Shown in pieces: positions 19,376-30,300 of a stretch of 64,000 nucleotides of DNA. The stretch is from contig JANPCG010000010.1 in NCBI GenBank assembly GCA_031430855.1, positions 35,714 to 99,713 of the forward strand. Reading direction: 5' to 3'. The position numbers and the translations under genes were made by a program. The notes below the pieces were generated by a model that saw nothing but the letters and a program-made list of their open reading frames with translations, searched no databases and was not told where the DNA came from. Source of the stretch: Candidatus Kaiserbacteria bacterium (GTDB taxonomy: Bacteria > Patescibacteriota > Minisyncoccia > Phycocordibacterales > UBA918). The first letter of the stretch is position 1; each line of letters starts with the position of its first letter.

Positions 19376-21136
19376 ATGATTTCATTTCAGCTACAACAAA
19401 AAATTCAATTAATTAAAGTGCTCTATCTCACACTCACGCTTGTCACTGTTGTTCTAATTTTACCAACGGTCACTCTCGCTGCGACATTATCAGTTACCCC
19501 GGCGTCGGGTGTGTATTCAACCGGCGCCACATTTACGGTAAATGTGGTTGTTAATACAGCAGGGAAACCAATTAACGCAGCTGATGGAACGTTATCATTT
19601 AACCCTCGGGAATTGTCTGTAGTTTCGGCGTCTCGCGGCGCTTCAATTTTTAATCTCTGGACAGCAGAACCGACATTTTCAAATTCTGCCGGAACGGTCA
19701 CCTTTGGTGGAGGTTTACCAAGTGGGTATACGGGCGCTGGAGGAAATGTAATGACGGTTACGTTTAAATCACTCACGTCAGGTGCTGCTCGGGTGTCACT
19801 TACGGGCGCTTCAGTCTTGGCCGCTGATGGACGCGGGACGAATGTTTTAACCTCGATGAGTGGCGGCACGTATACTCTCAGTGCGCCAACGTCCCAACCA
19901 GCACAAGAGGTGATTGTAGAGTTTGTTGCTCCTGCGAACACTCCGGCAGCTCCAGTCGTTACGTCAAAGACTCATCCAAGCCCAAATCAATGGTCTCAGG
20001 CAAAAGTAGCGGAACTTACCTGGATCCTTCCAGCAGGAGTTACCGGTGTGCGAACACTTTTAAATGAATCTCCCGTTTCAGTACCAACTAAAGTATATGA
20101 CGAACCTTTGCGCTCTATCACGCTCCCTGATTTAGATGAGGGGATTTCATATTTCCATGTGCAATTTAGAAACGCTGATGGTTGGGGTAAGGTAGCTCAC
20201 TTTAGGTTAGCAGTTGATAGTGCAAAGCCTTCATCTTTTGAACTAAAGCTTGAAGAAGGAGCTGATGTAACAAAATCAAAGCAAGCTCTGATTGCACTGG
20301 TTGCAGACAAAACATCAAACGTTCTACGATTTAAGGTTCAGATTAATGGGGCCGAGCCATACGAATACATTCGGCCATATGCGACCGCTACCATTCCACT
20401 TCATGACCTGAAACCAGGCAACCAGACGATTGTCGTTGAAGCCTTTGACGAAGCAGGGAATTCAATTGTGAGTACGTACTCATTTGTTATTAGTTCGTTT
20501 GAAAAACCTATTTTTACAGAGTTTCCTAGTGAATTATCCGCCGGAGTGACACCTGTAATTCGAGGTACTACTCGTCCTGAATCAACCCTTTCGATTACCA
20601 TTACGCCAACTAATGGTGAGGCTCGTACAGAAAGTACTCGTAGTGATAGTAGTGGGGCCTTTACCTTTGTCTCTTCAGCTCCATTTTCAACCGGAGTCTA
20701 TCAAGTGGCCGCTACAGCGATTGATAATGAAGGTTCACAAAGTAAACCTTCAGATACTCTCACCATCACCGTAAGAGAGCCGGGGTATGTCATCGTAGGC
20801 ACATTTTTGATTAATGTTCTTTCTGTTATTATTCCGTTAATTGCCCTTTGTGTTCTTACGTGGATTGTACTGGTATATTCACTTAATCGACTCAGAACGC
20901 TGCGACGAAAGGTTCTTATTGAGTCGGATGAAGCTGTTCTTGTGTTGCGAAAACAATTTATCCATGTCTATGAAGTATTAGACGAAGAAGAACGCAAACT
21001 TGTCGGTTCGCGCAAGACACAAAAATTAACAGAGGCGGAAGCACATTTGATTGAATCGATGCGAATAGCTCTTCATGAGGCTGAGAGCAAGGTGGCGAAA
21101 GAAGTTGAAGATGTCACAAAAATAATTACAAAATAA
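19376..21136 (+). CDS. Cohesin-like and Ig-like domain protein with C-terminal TM and cytoplasmic coiled coil
   Basis: ATLSVTP...GATFTVNV...INAADG...SIFNLWTAEP...VTFGGG...VLAADGRGT. Confidence 0.75.
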   Translation: MISFQLQQKIQLIKVLYLTLTLVTVVLILPTVTLAATLSVTPASGVYSTGATFTVNVVVNTAGKPINAADGTLSFNPRELSVVSASRGASIFNLWTAEPTFSNSAGTVTFGGGLPSGYTGAGGNVMTVTFKSLTSGAARVSLTGASVLAADGRGTNVLTSMSGGTYTLSAPTSQPAQEVIVEFVAPANTPAAPVVTSKTHPSPNQWSQAKVAELTWILPAGVTGVRTLLNESPVSVPTKVYDEPLRSITLPDLDEGISYFHVQFRNADGWGKVAHFRLAVDSAKPSSFELKLEEGADVTKSKQALIALVADKTSNVLRFKVQINGAEPYEYIRPYATATIPLHDLKPGNQTIVVEAFDEAGNSIVSTYSFVISSFEKPIFTEFPSELSAGVTPVIRGTTRPESTLSITITPTNGEARTESTRSDSSGAFTFVSSAPFSTGVYQVAATAIDNEGSQSKPSDTLTITVREPGYVIVGTFLINVLSVIIPLIALCVLTWIVLVYSLNRLRTLRRKVLIESDEAVLVLRKQFIHVYEVLDEEERKLVGSRKTQKLTEAEAHLIESMRIALHEAESKVAKEVEDVTKIITK

Positions 21137-21145
21137 CTATACTGT

Positions 21146-21811
21146 ATGAAATTATCATTCCCCAATTACCTCATTGTTAGTATAATTTTGATAGCCGTTA
21201 TCGGATACATACTAGTGGATAGATACATTGATACAAAAACCCAAACAGCCCGAGTGTCTATCGAAGAAACTATTGCTGAACAACAAAAACGGTTGGTTAA
21301 CACAGCAGATATGACGAAGCAAATCAAATCCGATGAACGTATTAAAACCTACTTGTCAGATTGTGAGCCAGCAAAACGAGATCGTTTTGATGTGCTTCTT
21401 GATAAACTTTCCGTTACAATAACCGGAGCAGAGCTTGATGAACTCAGCGTGCTCTTCTATCAGTGTGGCAGTTATTTTTCTGATGTGAAATCAACTATGG
21501 CCGGAAAACTTTCCCGCGAAGTTGAAATTCTTGTCGATTACGTGTCTCTTCAGGGAAAAATTACAGCAACCGATGAATCACAGTCGCGGCGCGTCGAAAT
21601 GTGGAGAAAAGTTGCAGATGCTGAACAAAAAAATGCCGCCTTTTTTGCTGACTTGGTGACGTACCAAGAACAAATTATCGAAGCCTTACGGAATGGTAAA
21701 TTGGCGTCCTCGCCTGAGGTGGTCGAGATTGCAAAAAAAGCCCAAACAACTCGTGAACAAATGTTAGTATTGAATCAACAAATTGATTCCTATCGCAAGG
21801 AAGCAATCTAA
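21146..21811 (+). CDS. Membrane-anchored helical hypothetical protein
   Basis: N-terminal TM, helical composition, two Cys; tightly packed in the operon. Confidence 0.7.
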   Translation: MKLSFPNYLIVSIILIAVIGYILVDRYIDTKTQTARVSIEETIAEQQKRLVNTADMTKQIKSDERIKTYLSDCEPAKRDRFDVLLDKLSVTITGAELDELSVLFYQCGSYFSDVKSTMAGKLSREVEILVDYVSLQGKITATDESQSRRVEMWRKVADAEQKNAAFFADLVTYQEQIIEALRNGKLASSPEVVEIAKKAQTTREQMLVLNQQIDSYRKEAI

Positions 21812-21814
21812 ACT

Positions 21815-22567
21815 ATGAACCCACTTAGGCATATACTCCGATACGTTTTTCCGACCGCCACATTACGTAACTCGGTTACTGTCCGTTATGCCTTTTCTTT
21901 TCTTTTTCTCTTTGCTGCCCTGGTTGGAATGGCTACGGTGGTTGGAAAAGATGGAACCTACATAAAAATCATTACCCCTAATACGACCGTTGAGTCAGGG
22001 ACAGTCTTCCCAGTTGATGTATACGTGTATGCGGCAACGCCAGTAAATGCCGTTGATATTTCTGTTTCATTTACCGCTAGTCAAATTGAAATATTGGGAA
22101 TTGATAAAGGTGAGTCAGTAATTACATTATGGACCGAAGAGCCATCGGTTAAAGGAGGTAGTGTCATTCTGCGCGGAGGAACGTACAAACGTGGTTTTGT
22201 GGGCGAACATAAAATTGCCACGATAAACGCGAAGGCTCTTACAACTGGTAACGCAGAGTTTATAATTAATAATGTTAAAATCTTAGCCGGAGACGGAAAG
22301 GGGACAGAAATTGCTACCGACCTCACCCGGGGAAAAATTATAACTACTATTACTAAACCAGGAGAAAGCAGTGGTATTACGCTCCAAGGTGATGGTGCAA
22401 TTGTTGTTATTACTGATATTGATGGTGATGGTACTGTTTCGCTTCGTGACATTAGTTCATTTATGGCTAGTTGGGCAAATAAAGATACCGTGTATGACTT
22501 TAACGGAGATGGAAATATGACCTTTAAAGATTTTTCAATAATTTTGGCTGATTTTTTCCTTAAATAA
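21815..22567 (+). CDS. Cohesin-like plus dockerin-like two-module protein
   Basis: GTVFPVDV...VNAVD...SVITLWTEEP...ILAGDGKGT, then DIDGDGTVSLRDIS and DFNGDGNMTFKDFSII. Confidence 0.75.
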   Translation: MNPLRHILRYVFPTATLRNSVTVRYAFSFLFLFAALVGMATVVGKDGTYIKIITPNTTVESGTVFPVDVYVYAATPVNAVDISVSFTASQIEILGIDKGESVITLWTEEPSVKGGSVILRGGTYKRGFVGEHKIATINAKALTTGNAEFIINNVKILAGDGKGTEIATDLTRGKIITTITKPGESSGITLQGDGAIVVITDIDGDGTVSLRDISSFMASWANKDTVYDFNGDGNMTFKDFSIILADFFLK

Positions 22568-22682
22568 GGTTCTGGTGTGTTGATAAAAGGTTTTTTTGAT
22601 TGCAAAATAACTGGTATTCTATACTAGATGGGGAAAGTATAGCTCACCGTGAATGGGCTATTAATTTAGGCTGTAAAAGCCA

Positions 22683-24332
22683 ATGAATGTAAGAAATCAA
22701 ACCACAAAAGAAAAAACTATCTACCGCGGGTACATCTACCGTCAGGTATTTCAGACCAACTTCTCGCAACTGGTAGTTTTGTTGTTGCTTGTTTCAATTT
22801 TTTTACAACCAATAGAACGTACTCACGCCAGCGAAGTAGTCGACCCGTCCGGAGAAGTGGTTCCCGTAGTAACCATATTAGAAGAAGAGTCTCTTGCAGA
22901 ATCGACAAATATATTAACTGAGGAAGCGGCTTTAGTTTCACCAGAAGTAACCGGAGAATCAGAAGAAGAGGTAATAGAAGTTGCTACTGAAAATTCATCT
23001 GCCGTAATGACTGTTGAAGAGGGAACTACAACCGAAAAAACTCAGGCTGTGGTGATAGATACACCCGAAACACCAACTGAAGAAGTGGCTCTCCCTCCGA
23101 CTGCAATCGAAGAAACGATTGCAGAGTACACCGCTCCTCTTGGTGAGTTACCGCCCGACGTGCCTGCAGTAGATGCGGCCGGTAATGTTACTGATAGTGA
23201 AGCATCTATAAACCTTGTAGAAGAGTCTGTATTAGAGCCGACTGCAACAACAACTATCTTGGCCGAATCTGCCATTGCGGTTTCTACGGTATCAAGCGAT
23301 GGAATGATTCAATTTGATAAAAGTGATTGTATTACGGTCGCTGATGGATCTTTTTACTGTCAGCCGCAGAAGTCATCAACTGAGCTTGCTGAAGATGGAC
23401 TATTTGCTTTACCAGACCGCGATGGTGATTTAGAAATTTATATACAAAAGGCTGGTGAATTAAGTCAAATTTCCTTTAATGAAGTTGATGACGCTGCTCC
23501 GTACTTTGATTCGCTTTCAAATACTCTTGTGTGGCATCGGCTGGTTAATGACCGGTATCAAATTGTAGCGTTTGATATTGCTACTGGTGAAGAATCGTTA
23601 CTCACTTCAGATACTGTCAATAATATGGAACCTACGCGAGCTGGTAAATATACCGTCTGGCAACGTTGGAGTGGAGATAATTGGGATATTGTATTGTATG
23701 ATGGCAAAAATTCTACCATTCTCACAACCGCACTTGAACATGATATTGCACCAAAAGTGCGTGGCAATCTTGTAGTCTGGAACCGATTAAGTTTTGATAG
23801 ATCACAGACCATTGAACTGTATGATATTGAAACGGGAGAATATACTACTATTAATGATAAAGAAGGTGGAAAAATCTCAAACCCCCGTATGGTGTTAGTA
23901 TATGAATCCACTTTTGACAATGGAGATATTGTTACTAAAGGCTACGATATAGAAACCAGAGAAATTACACCACTTAATGCTACTCCAATTGAAATTCCTG
24001 AAGAAATTCCTACTCCAGATTCAACCGGAGAAACGAGAGCATTTATCCAAGGTAAAACAACTACAAAAGAAGAAGCAGAAAGTATTGATTTTGCATCATC
24101 GACACCAACTATAAATGGTCCAGATCCAGAAGCCGTTCAAGCTACGAGTACCATTACGGTAGAACTCTCATCTAGCACCGCTCCTGTGTACGCAAGCACT
24201 ACCGGGGCAGCGGTCGAGCTGACACTTGATTTGCGACCCGCAGACATAGAAAGTACAACAGAAATCATTGATATTGTTGTACCACCATTTACTGCTGTTG
24301 GTACTGCTACTCTAGGAGAAGTAAATCAATAA
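22683..24332 (+). CDS. Surface protein with acidic E/T/P linker and TolB-like beta-propeller
   Basis: DRDGDLEIY; repeats LVWHR..YQI, TVWQR..WDI, VVWNR. Confidence 0.7.
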   Translation: MNVRNQTTKEKTIYRGYIYRQVFQTNFSQLVVLLLLVSIFLQPIERTHASEVVDPSGEVVPVVTILEEESLAESTNILTEEAALVSPEVTGESEEEVIEVATENSSAVMTVEEGTTTEKTQAVVIDTPETPTEEVALPPTAIEETIAEYTAPLGELPPDVPAVDAAGNVTDSEASINLVEESVLEPTATTTILAESAIAVSTVSSDGMIQFDKSDCITVADGSFYCQPQKSSTELAEDGLFALPDRDGDLEIYIQKAGELSQISFNEVDDAAPYFDSLSNTLVWHRLVNDRYQIVAFDIATGEESLLTSDTVNNMEPTRAGKYTVWQRWSGDNWDIVLYDGKNSTILTTALEHDIAPKVRGNLVVWNRLSFDRSQTIELYDIETGEYTTINDKEGGKISNPRMVLVYESTFDNGDIVTKGYDIETREITPLNATPIEIPEEIPTPDSTGETRAFIQGKTTTKEEAESIDFASSTPTINGPDPEAVQATSTITVELSSSTAPVYASTTGAAVELTLDLRPADIESTTEIIDIVVPPFTAVGTATLGEVNQ

Positions 24333-24359
24333 ATCACTCTCTACAGTCCCCCTGTTTCC

Positions 24360-27300
24360 GTGACGCTTAAACCATGCGAGAATAAAGGAATGCGGAATTT
24401 TCCTGCGTTTTTTGGTCGTAAAAACAATTATAGTCGAGGTGTTACACTAACGCTTCTCTTGACTATTTTAGTGAGTCAAATCTCCTTCGTTTCTTTTTTG
24501 CTTCCAACCGTGGTTGAAGCAGCGGTTGTTACTATTGATGGTGACGCTAACCAAAACTCAACTTCGCATTTGTTCTCAGGCGGTCAGACCGTTTTTATTT
24601 CTGATCAGGTGGGTTACAAGTTTTTTCGCGATAATCCATCAGCCGGTCCATGCGTCTATCGTAAAACGACAAATGGCGGAACGAGCTGGGGGGCCGCGGT
24701 GACAGTCGACGCTCAAACCGACTGTGCGGGGATAGTTGTGTGGTACGACCAATGGACACCAGGAGACTTTGGTAATTCAATTCATATAGCCACAATGGAT
24801 ACTGCGGCCGCGATTGACAATTTGTTTTATAACCGACTGGATACTAATACTGATACTCTTTTGATGGGTACCGCACCAGCAAATGCTACCGCGAGTTCAT
24901 CCCAGGGCGGTACCTACGCAGTGGGTACTAATGCTCACACGATCACGAAAGGAACTGACGGAACTCTCTATCTAGCTTCTCAAGATGCTTCTGATTCTTT
25001 TGTGGTTCGGTGTTCAGCGAGCTGTAACGCGGCTGGATCATGGACAGAGGCAGGTACAGCGCCAATTGGACTTACGAACGATTGGAATATTCTCATGCCT
25101 CTTTCTGGAGGTAATATCCTCCTGCTAAATCGAGCTAACACGTTAGATGATATTCAGTCAAAAATATGGAATGGATCAAGTTGGAGTGGCAGTTGGACGA
25201 CGATTGACTCAAATGCGATTGAGAATACTACGTACGACGTCGGGATGGCTGCGACTATTGATCATAGTACGGGTGATATTTATCTAGCCTATGCTGCTGA
25301 TAATGACACTTTTACGGTAGCTGACCACGATCTTCGTACCGCAAAGTATACAAGCGGGTCATGGACAAGTGGCACTGCTGTGTTTACCAATCGTGCCGGA
25401 ATTGGTTTATTACAGACTGCTATTTCAGTTGATTCAAACACGAGTACAATATATCTTGGATATACCATGCGTACCACTCCCGGTACGGCAGCGAGCGCTA
25501 ACGTCTACTATGCAACCGGTACAGCTGCTCTCAGTAGTTGGGGAGCTGAACAAGGTCCCGTTAATACTACGTCTGCCAATCTCTACGGAGTTGATTTCAA
25601 TATTATGAGTGATGAACGTATTTATGCTTCGTGGTTCGATGCTACCCTCTTTGATATTTTAGGTAATACGGTAGCTGATATTTCACCCGTCGTTAAGGTA
25701 AGTACGCGCGGAATACCGACAGCTTCTGTTACTGCAAGTACGAGTAATGTGTATCTTGGAGGAACTTTCGTCATTAAAGAAGGTCAGACCACTCGCAATG
25801 TTACTGATATAGTTATCTCTGAATCAGGTACGATTGATGCGGAGAATGCTATAAAAAACGTTTCTTTGTATTATGACCTTGATACTACAGCACCATATGA
25901 CTGCGCGAGTGAAAGCTACGTGGGCAGTGAATCAAAGTATGGGAGTACAGATACTAATGGATTTTCAAGCGCAAATGGCGTTTCGTCATTTGTTGACGTT
26001 GTTTCAATATCAGCCACACAAGCATTGTGCGTGTACGTTGCGGCAGATGTTACTGACGCTGCTCTAGATGGTTCAACAGTTCGACTATCAGTGTCGAATC
26101 CACCGAGTGATGTATTAGTTTCGGGCGGAGCGATTGCAACACCGCTCATTCCGGTTGGTTTCGTTGCTGGTACAAATGTTTTTAATGACCAACTTTCTCA
26201 GGGTCATTATCAGTTTAGAAATGATAATGGTAATGAAGCAGGTGCGACGTCAGCAACAGGTGGAACGCAAGATACTCCGCTTGGTGCAATTCAACCTAAT
26301 TCTCCGAAACGATTGCGAATTGCCGTATCTAATGAAGGCTCAATTTCAACACCAGTCACACAATTTCGTCTTGAATATGCGGTTGCTGCCCCTACTTGTG
26401 ATGTTGCTTCAAGCTGGACTGATGTCGGAGCAACAAATGATGCATGGAATATGTTTGATTCTACCTTCGTAACAGATGGCAGTAATACAACTGATATCGC
26501 CACCAGTACCGGTGGAACCACAAACGAAAATACTACCTTTTTGACTCCAAACGGGGGAGTGCGCGACACAACTTCACAAACTGGTTCATTAACACTTACT
26601 AACGCTAATTTTGTTGAGCTTGAGTACTCGATAGTTGCTTCTACAACTGCCATAGAAGGTGCTACCTATTGTTTTCGAGTTACCAATGCCGGGGCTCCAC
26701 TCCCGCAGTATTTAGTCTACCCCAGTGCGACCATATCTGCCGACGCCACTCTCAGTGCAGCCGGGTCTCAAGTTACTAGTGCGGTAATTCCAGAACTAAA
26801 TCTCTACGTTGGAGGTAAATTTGGCATTCGTGAAAATCTCAGTAGTAGAACTGTAACCAATATAACAATCACAGAGACGGGTTCTGTTGATGGACAGCTT
26901 AATCTTGATAACATACGAATTGCGTATGATCTTGATACAAGTGCACCTTATGATTGTGCAAGTGAGTCGTATGTAGGAGGGGAGGCACAGTTTGGAGCCA
27001 TTGATACAAATGGATTTTCTTCAGCAAATGGAAGTTCTACGTTTGCCGGTAGTGTGAGTATTACAACCACTCAATCAATCTGCGCCTATGTCGTTCTTGA
27101 TGTTGTCAGTTCAGCATTAAATGACGACACCGTTAAAATTGGTATTGCATCTGGAGGGAATGATATTACTGTATCAAGTGGATCGGTCTCGCCCTCGACA
27201 CCTGTCTCACTTACGGGAACTACGACTCTTTCAGGATCAGTAGTTGCCCAAACTGCCTATCACTTTCGTAATGACAACGGAAGTGAAACTGGTGCAACTT

Positions 27301-30300
27301 CAGCAAGTGGGGGTATTGAAAATACACAAGTTACTAATCACTCGCAAAATACTCAAATACGCCTTCGTCTTGGAGTCAGTAACGAAGGGGTGGCAACATC
27401 TACTAATGCCTTCTATCGACTAGAGTTTGGACCTAAAATTACTACGTGTAGTTCTGTAGCGATATGGACGAGTGTTGGAGCCGCTGCTGATGACTGGAAT
27501 ATGTTTAATTCACCTAATATTACTGAAGGAAACAACACCACAAATATTGCTACCTCAAGCGGCGGAGTAACAGACGGAAACACTTCTTTTTTGGTCGTAA
27601 ATGGTGGTCTTCGTGACACGTCTGCGACCACATCAGCTATAACGTTAAGTAGTACTCAATTTACAGAACTTGAGTATAGTATTACTTCCTCAGCTTTGAC
27701 AGCGTTTAATACAACTTATTGTTTCCGCGTTTCTAACGCTGGGAATCCGCTCCCGCAATATGATACGTATGCAGAAATTACAACTGCACCGGCTCGCGAC
27801 TTTAAAGTACAACGCGGCGATGTAGTAATTACAAGTACCAGCTCTACGTTAGTTGCTGGTGTAGATTACGTCGCCCCAACAGCTTCCTCTACTGCATTTA
27901 TACGTATCACAAACGCGCATCATACGGGAGCTGGTCGAATCACTCTTGGTGCAGCACAAAATGCACGAGACGTGACAGCCTATATCGTAAACCCAACCAA
28001 CATTCAAACGAGTGTTACGATTGCTCGTCCCGCCTTTACCCTTAATAACACTCGAGTCTCATGGGAAATTGTTGAATTTATTGCCGCCACCGGTACTGAT
28101 AATGAAATGATTGTCCGGTCTGCCGGTTCATTACAAATGCCGACCGCATCAACGTCTGCTACAGGTACGGCGATATCATCAGTTGTTGATGATAGTAAAG
28201 TGGTTGTTTTTATCACGGGGCTCTATAACCGCGATGCCGGACGAAATGTGTATTATGCCGGACAAATAACAACCTCATGGGACGCGACAAATAACCGGCC
28301 AATTTTTACGCGTGGTGCCGGAGGAGCGATTATTGATGTCAGTTATGCAGTTGTTGAATATACAGGCATCAATTGGCAAATTCAAAGAATTGAACATACG
28401 TATAGTGCTACCAATACGATTGAAACTAAAGCGATCGCTCCCGTTAATAGTTTGGCGCGTACTTTTATCCATTCTCAAAAGCGTGTTGGCGCACTTGGTA
28501 ACGTTGACAATTTTGGACATGAAGTATGGCTGTCGAGTATTGGGGCAGTGTCGTTTCGTCTTGAAGCAGGAGCGTCAACTCCAACGAGTCATGTTTCAGT
28601 GGCATGGGTAATAGAAAACCAACAAACGAGTGCCGGGGCTATGAAAGTGCAGCGCAGTAATGGAAACACTACTGATGGAACTGAGCCGGTAGTTTTAGCA
28701 GTAGATATATTTACCCCTATTGCGGCACTTAATAATTCTTCTATATTTTTGAACACGAGGGTAGTAGGAGCAAACTCAAACTTTCCTCTGCCGATGGCCG
28801 GCGCCAGTATTGTTTCTACCTCTTCGTACAATATATGGCGAAGCGAGGCAACTGGTGGGTTATTAACCTATCGAACTGAAATTGTTGAGTGGCCAACTAA
28901 TGGACTGGCGGTCCGACAAAATTATTACCGTTTCTATTCTGATAATAACGCTCTTATTCCAACTGATGCTTGGCCACCAGGACCAACAAATTTGGGTGAA
29001 AATACATCCATAACAGCGCTAGATGAACCGCTAGGAGATGGTGATCGGGTGCGATTACGCATGACTGCTCGGGTGGCAAACGCGAACCTTCCCGCCGGAC
29101 TCTATGACTTTAAATTGCAATACGGTCAGAGAATATCGTCATGTTCTGCGATTGCAAGTTGGTCTGATGTTGGATCAACCACGAGCGGCACAATTTGGCG
29201 TGGCTATAATGCTCCCGGGGTAACAAATGGAGTCGTGCTATCAACTGACCCTCCTACTGGCGGTGACTTATTACTGTCGGTTAGCGATGTGGCTGGAAAC
29301 TACGTAGAGCTAAATCCATCTCCGACAAATCCTTATATTGTTGAACCAGGAGAAGATGTAGAGTTTGATTGGCACCTCGAAGATAATGGTGCACTGGAAC
29401 GAACTAGCTACTGTTTTCGCATGATAAAGAGTGATGGTGCTACTTTAGATGGGTACTTTAATTACCCTCAAATCAGAACTGCGAGTTTTACACCGGCGGG
29501 AAAAAAATGGCGTTGGTATGATGACACCGAGAACGAAACGCCAAGCACTCCTTTATCTGCTGAAGAAGTCGCTCCAATTGAAATCGGAGCCAATAACCCG
29601 ATAGCACTACGTATTACAGTTGATGAAATCAAAAATGTACAAGGTCTTAATATAAAATTCAAATTACAATTTGATGAGAGTAGTTTGTTTACTAATCCAC
29701 GTGATGTTGTTGCTACGAGTTCATGTGTTGCTACTTCGACCTGGTGTTACAGTACAGGCGGGGGTGTAAATAACACTAAAGTTACCTCCCGCGTTCTTTC
29801 CGATTCTGATCCATGCATCGCAAGTGTTGGTATTGGATGTGGTACACACAATAATTCGCCCACCTATACAACAGGCGATACACATCCGTCTGGTGCTCTC
29901 CGTGAATATTCATTTTATCTTGAACAACGTTCTGCCCGTGTTGGTGCAGTGTACTATTTTAGACTCTACGAAACGTTAAACAGTCTCCCCGTTGCGCCCG
30001 CTTCAACCAGCACCTATCCGAGTCTGGTTGCAGAAAGTGCAACGCTGTTTCTTACGGTATCGGGGTTGCCTGCCGGAACAACGACAGCGGGCGTAGTCAC
30101 GGCTGCCTCATCAACACCTAACACAATTGCTTTTGGCTCACTCCCACTCAATACTGACGTAAATGCAGCTCATCGCGTGACACTTGATACGAATGCTACA
30201 CAAGGGTACCGCGTACTCACGTATGCACGACAACAACTCATAAACTCATATAACACTGCAATTCCATCAATTATTGGTTCAAATGCGACACCTACCAGTT

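Noticed and set aside
15516-22567. Cellulosome
   Set aside because: Single cohesins only, and no glycoside hydrolase or clear CBM attached to the dockerins.
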